Source: Legionella genomosp. 1 (lineage in GTDB: Bacteria; Pseudomonadota; Gammaproteobacteria; Legionellales; Legionellaceae). From it: a DNA stretch of 39,898 bases. The notes beneath the pieces are model-generated. The model had not been told where the DNA came from, made no database searches, and saw only the letters and a list, made by a program, of their open reading frames with translations. Both the position numbers and the translations under genes were made by a program. Shown here one piece after another: positions 36,693-39,898 of this stretch (its first letter is position 1; the number at the start of each line of letters is the position of its first letter). The stretch is taken from the NCBI GenBank assembly GCA_945901965.1, contig CAMDMN010000001.1, positions 1 to 39,898 on the forward strand, read 5' to 3'.

Positions 36693-37691
36693 ATGAGAGA
36701 AGTGGACATTAGACCAGAAAATATTTTTAGTGAATACTTACGCTTAACTCAAATAGATGCGGAGACATTTTTCACAAACTCAGAATGTGTTGATATAGAT
36801 TGTCCAGCTTGCGCTGCCCTTGATAAAAAGTACGCTTTCACGAAACAAGGGTTTGATTATCAAGTCTGTCAAAACTGTGAAACACTGTATCAATCACCAC
36901 GCCCTCTTAAAGTTTTATTTGATAATTTTTATTTTGACTCACCATCATCAACTTTCTGGGGAGAGCAATTTTTTCCTGCTGTTTCTGAAATTAGACGTGA
37001 AAAAATATTTAAGCCTCGATGTGAAGCAATCATCAATAAATGCCAAAAATGGGATTTTGAGCCAAAAACAGTAATAGATGTAGGTGCTGGATTTGGTGTT
37101 CTTCTCGAAGAAATGCAAAAACTGGCTCCAACTGCAGAGTATTTGGCTATCGAGCCCGGACATATTTTATCCAAAGTGTGCATGGATAAAGGCTTCGATA
37201 CACTTATATCAACAGTTGAGGAAGCTCATGAATGGCATGACAAAGCTGACTTACTTACATGTTTTGAAGTAATTGAACATACCTATAACCCATTAGAGTT
37301 TGTCGCGGCTTTAAAAAACATCCTGAAGCCAGGTAAAAAAGTATTAGTGACCGGCTTGTGTGGTGATGGATTTGATATAAAAATATTATGGGAACATTCA
37401 AAAAATATTTCACCCCCTCATCACATAAATTTTATGTCGGTAGAAGGATTTAAATTACTTTTTGAAAGAGCAGGATTTGTTAATGTTAGTGTTGAAACGC
37501 CTGGAAAATTAGATGTGGATATAGTTCTTAACGCATTGAATGATGAGAGTATAAGAAAAAATCTAAACTTAAGTAGACTTGAATCTCATTTGGTAGCGCA
37601 ATTCAAGGATAATCCACATACGTTACAACAATTTCTTGCTGACAACCAATTGAGTTCACATTGCTGGATCTGGGCTGAGAGACCATTGTAA
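36693..37691 (+). CDS. Class I SAM-dependent methyltransferase with N-terminal Cys4 zinc-ribbon
   Basis: 332 aa. The zinc-ribbon cysteines are CPACAAL...CQNCETLY, SAM motif I is VIDVGAGFGVLLEEM, and CFEVIEHTYNP follows. A GGAGAG Shine-Dalgarno lies about 8 nt upstream of the ATG. Confidence 0.8.
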   Translation: MREVDIRPENIFSEYLRLTQIDAETFFTNSECVDIDCPACAALDKKYAFTKQGFDYQVCQNCETLYQSPRPLKVLFDNFYFDSPSSTFWGEQFFPAVSEIRREKIFKPRCEAIINKCQKWDFEPKTVIDVGAGFGVLLEEMQKLAPTAEYLAIEPGHILSKVCMDKGFDTLISTVEEAHEWHDKADLLTCFEVIEHTYNPLEFVAALKNILKPGKKVLVTGLCGDGFDIKILWEHSKNISPPHHINFMSVEGFKLLFERAGFVNVSVETPGKLDVDIVLNALNDESIRKNLNLSRLESHLVAQFKDNPHTLQQFLADNQLSSHCWIWAERPL

Positions 37692-37713
37692 TTTTAAAAA
37701 GAGAGTTAAACTA

Positions 37714-38487
37714 ATGAGACAATTTACCCTAAAACAAAAACTACAAACTGGGAAATTAACCTTAGGGGCTTGGATAACATTGGGACATACTGCCATTGCG
37801 GAAATTTTTGCTCAGGCAGGTTTCGATTGGGTGGTTGTTGACCTTGAGCACAGTACTATCTCTATCGAGAAAGCAGGTGATTTGATCAGAGTCATTGACC
37901 TTGCGGGTGTTCCTGCATTAGTGCGGCTGACATCAAACGATGATTGTCTCATCAAACGAGTGATGGATGCTGGTGCCTATGGTATTGTGGTGCCGATGAT
38001 CAACTCATCTGAGGAAGCTGTTAAAGCAGTAATGGCAACACGTTACGCTCCTCACGGAACGCGTGGTGTTGGATTGGCACGAGCACAAGGATATGGACGA
38101 AATTTTAAAGATTACCTTGAGTGGCAGGAAGATTGCCCACTGGTTATTGTGCAGATAGAGCATGTTAGTGCTCTTAATAATTTAGAAGCAATATTTAGCG
38201 TTGATGGTGTTGATGGGTTTATTATTGGACCATATGATTTGTCCTGCTCTATGGGGATACCTGGTCAATTTGATCACCCTGATTTTATAAGTGCTATGGA
38301 GTCCATTAAAACCACGGGAGAACGAATGGGGTGTCCTGCTGGTATTCACATTGTGGAACCAAGTCCACAGCAGTTAGAACAAAATATTGCTGCAGGGTAT
38401 CAATTTATCGCATATAGCGTTGATATTCGTATGCTAGATGTTAGCGCGCTTAATGGTATTAGTGTGTTTAAGGAGCTTAATAAATGA
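37714..38487 (+). CDS. HpcH/HpaI-family class II (metal-dependent, pyruvate-specific) aldolase
   Basis: 257 aa. AGFDWVVVDLEHS, VRL, RVMDAGAYGIVVPMINSSEEA, YAPHGTRG, VQIEHVSALNNLEAI, VDGFIIGPYDLSCSMG and HPDF parallel the HpcH/GarL/RhmA family. Confidence 0.88.
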   Translation: MRQFTLKQKLQTGKLTLGAWITLGHTAIAEIFAQAGFDWVVVDLEHSTISIEKAGDLIRVIDLAGVPALVRLTSNDDCLIKRVMDAGAYGIVVPMINSSEEAVKAVMATRYAPHGTRGVGLARAQGYGRNFKDYLEWQEDCPLVIVQIEHVSALNNLEAIFSVDGVDGFIIGPYDLSCSMGIPGQFDHPDFISAMESIKTTGERMGCPAGIHIVEPSPQQLEQNIAAGYQFIAYSVDIRMLDVSALNGISVFKELNK

Positions 38488-39263
38488 ATGTCCTTGGTAT
38501 TATTCCAGCGCGTCTTGCCGCGAGCAGGTTTCCAAATAAACCTTTAGCAAAATTACTTAACATGCCTATGATTGGTCATTGTTACCATCGAACATGTTTG
38601 GCTCTTGGAGCTGAGAGAACTTATGTGGCAACATGTGATGATGCTATTGCCGAGTATGTTCATTCTATTGGCGGCAAGGTTGTGATGACTTCAATTGAGC
38701 ATAGTCGCGCTACAACGCGTACTGCTGAAGCGTTAGAAATAATAGAGAAAAAGACAGGTAATAAATCAGATGTAATCGTTATGGTTCAAGGTGATGAGCC
38801 ACTTATTCCCCCTCAGACTATTGCGGACACACTATTACATTTCAATGATCTTTCGTTGGATGTTGTAAATGTGATGTCAAAATTAAAAACATTGGATAAA
38901 TTTATAGACAAAAACAATGTTAAAGTTGTGGTAGATCGGAATAGCAATGCATTGTATTTTTCTAGAGAACCTATTCCATCCTTATGGAAAGGATGGGAGC
39001 ATATCCCTCGTTACATGCAAACTGGTATTATTGCTTTTCGCCGCAATATGTTATTGCATTTTAATAGTATGCCTGAAACCGAACTTGAGCAAATTGAATC
39101 AGTCGACATGAATAGGTTGCTTGAAACAGGAAGTAAGATTCGTATGGTATTAACAGAGGCAGTAACCATTGGTGTAGATACGCCAGACGAGTTGAAAGAA
39201 GCTGAGCAGTTGTTGCAAGATGATTTGTTTATTAGCCGCTATCTTGAAATGCACAGACAGTAA
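38484..39263 (+). CDS. KdsB-family cytidylyltransferase (CMP-3-deoxy-ulosonate synthetase paralog)
   Basis: 259 aa. GIIPARLAASRFPNKPLAKLLNMPMIGH, YVATCDDAI, GGKVVMTS, HSRATTRTAEA and VQGDEPLIPP match KdsB motif by motif. An ATGA overlap links it to the aldolase gene. Confidence 0.85.
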   Translation: MNVLGIIPARLAASRFPNKPLAKLLNMPMIGHCYHRTCLALGAERTYVATCDDAIAEYVHSIGGKVVMTSIEHSRATTRTAEALEIIEKKTGNKSDVIVMVQGDEPLIPPQTIADTLLHFNDLSLDVVNVMSKLKTLDKFIDKNNVKVVVDRNSNALYFSREPIPSLWKGWEHIPRYMQTGIIAFRRNMLLHFNSMPETELEQIESVDMNRLLETGSKIRMVLTEAVTIGVDTPDELKEAEQLLQDDLFISRYLEMHRQ

Positions 39264-39299
39264 AGTTTGGTAATAAATGTTATTTTGGAATAAAACCGA

Positions 39300-39609
39300 T
39301 GTTCCGCGTCTAATTTGAAGTAATTTTCAATTAAAAGGGGATGAAAGTCCCAATTGAGTTCCAATCAAGACAAAGATCAAATCAATAAACGTAGTAATAC
39401 CATATGGTAGCGCGTGCATTTTTTTAATTTTTGAAGCCATGTTATTAAATCGCGATACCGTAAGTAGCGAACAGTTGAGTCATCTTAGATTGATGTGGTT
39501 TAATTAAAGCACATCAAATTTCTATACATTGTGTACCGCGCGTATGATACACCAGAAAAACCTTAGCTAAACTGATGTTAAAGGGAATTAGAAACTAGCA
39601 AGGAGGTGA
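39300..39609 (-). mobile_element. Truncated second copy of the IS5-like element (end plus decayed transposase N-terminal region)
   Basis: Positions 39517-39609 are 88% identical to the end of the 35118-36284 element. Upstream minus-strand fragments (KMHALPYGITTF..., WNSIGTFIPF) resemble the W-R-x-L-P...G-x-W-x-T-V-Y...W-x-x-x-G region of IS5-type transposases. The body is missing beyond about 39300. Confidence 0.5.
39517..39609. repeat. 93-bp IS5-like transposase-proximal end, copy 2
   Basis: Direct repeat of 36192-36284, 82/93 identical with no gaps. Confidence 0.88.
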
Positions 39610-39721
39610 TATTTTTATTATTTATATAATATCTTGTTGTAATTATTTACCCCATATGTTTTCGATATTAAATATATTTATAAAGGTTAACATTAATCAT
39701 TTTTTCTGTTCTAAATGTTAT

Positions 39722-39898
39722 CTAATCCTCACCAACTAAAGATAATAAATAGTTTCCATAATTATTTTTTTGTAAATTTTTTGCTATATCTTTCAAATTA
39801 GATGATGACAACCAACCATTACCATATGCAATTTCCTCTAAACAAGCAATTTTATAACCTTGACGTTTTTCAATAGTCTCAACGAACTGTCCTGCTCC
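39722..39898 (-). CDS. rmlA: Glucose-1-phosphate thymidylyltransferase, 3' end only (continues beyond window)
   Basis: My minus-strand translation GAGQFVETIEKRQGYKIACLEEIAYGNGWLSSSNLKDIAKNLQKNNYGNYLLSLVGED* matches the conserved RmlA C-terminus (F-x-x-T-I-E-K-R-Q-G-L-K-V-A-C-x-E-E-I-A-Y...G-Y-G-x-Y-L). It is absent from the supplied ORF track because it is partial. Confidence 0.8.
   Translation of the reverse strand, partial: GAGQFVETIEKRQGYKIACLEEIAYGNGWLSSSNLKDIAKNLQKNNYGNYLLSLVGED

Noticed and set aside
36820-37272. Four short ORFs (both strands) nested in the Zn-ribbon methyltransferase gene.
   Set aside because: The 332-aa frame carries the SAM-binding motifs and a Shine-Dalgarno. The nested ORFs have no features.
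1-39898. I searched by eye for tRNA/rRNA genes, CRISPR-like regularly spaced repeats and tandem repeats.
   Set aside because: I found no cloverleaf-compatible GC-rich segments, no rRNA-like conserved blocks and no periodic direct repeats. The only repeats I could verify are the IS-end copies and the CTAA duplication.

Overview
AT-rich window, roughly 23-30% G+C in most genes as judged from sampled lines. It looks gammaproteobacterial because the CsrA is near-canonical. Housekeeping genes sit at the left edge: class I birA, csrA, a WecA/WbpL-type initiating transferase, pgi and a DUF218 protein. From about 5.1 to 34.9 kb there is one long minus-strand surface-polysaccharide (O-antigen/capsule-type) locus with tightly packed, often overlapping ORFs. 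It contains recognisable nucleotide-sugar routes on different carriers: UDP-L-FucNAc (fnlABC plus a WbuB-like transferase), dTDP-3-acetamido-3,6-dideoxyhexose (fdtA/C/B-like, with an rmlA 3' end at the right window edge), and a CDP-glucose-derived amino sugar (rfbF, rfbG, cupin, DegT aminotransferase). It also has two Wzx flippases, two Wzy-like polytopic proteins, four glycosyltransferases and a sulfotransferase-like ORF. Two cassettes are the most unusual part. (i) An FkbH-like loader, ACP, a MaoC-dehydratase/SDR fusion, a methyltransferase and an LbH acyltransferase. (ii) A six-gene sugar-phosphate set: SIS isomerase, D-2-hydroxyacid dehydrogenase, Pgl-like lactonase, a 3-dehydroquinate-synthase paralog, an SDR and a Gfo/Idh/MocA oxidoreductase. 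I read set (ii) as a candidate route to a carbocyclic sugar acid. Between this operon and rmlA lies about 4.7 kb of IS debris. A pseudogenised IS5-family element with a CTAA target duplication is nested in an IS3-family transposase remnant, and a second truncated IS5-like end lies further right. This debris brackets a more G+C-rich plus-strand trio: Zn-ribbon methyltransferase, HpcH/HpaI aldolase and a KdsB-like cytidylyltransferase. No tRNA, rRNA or CRISPR array was recognised. All functional calls rest on motif-level reading of the supplied translations and on recalled family signatures, not on database searches.
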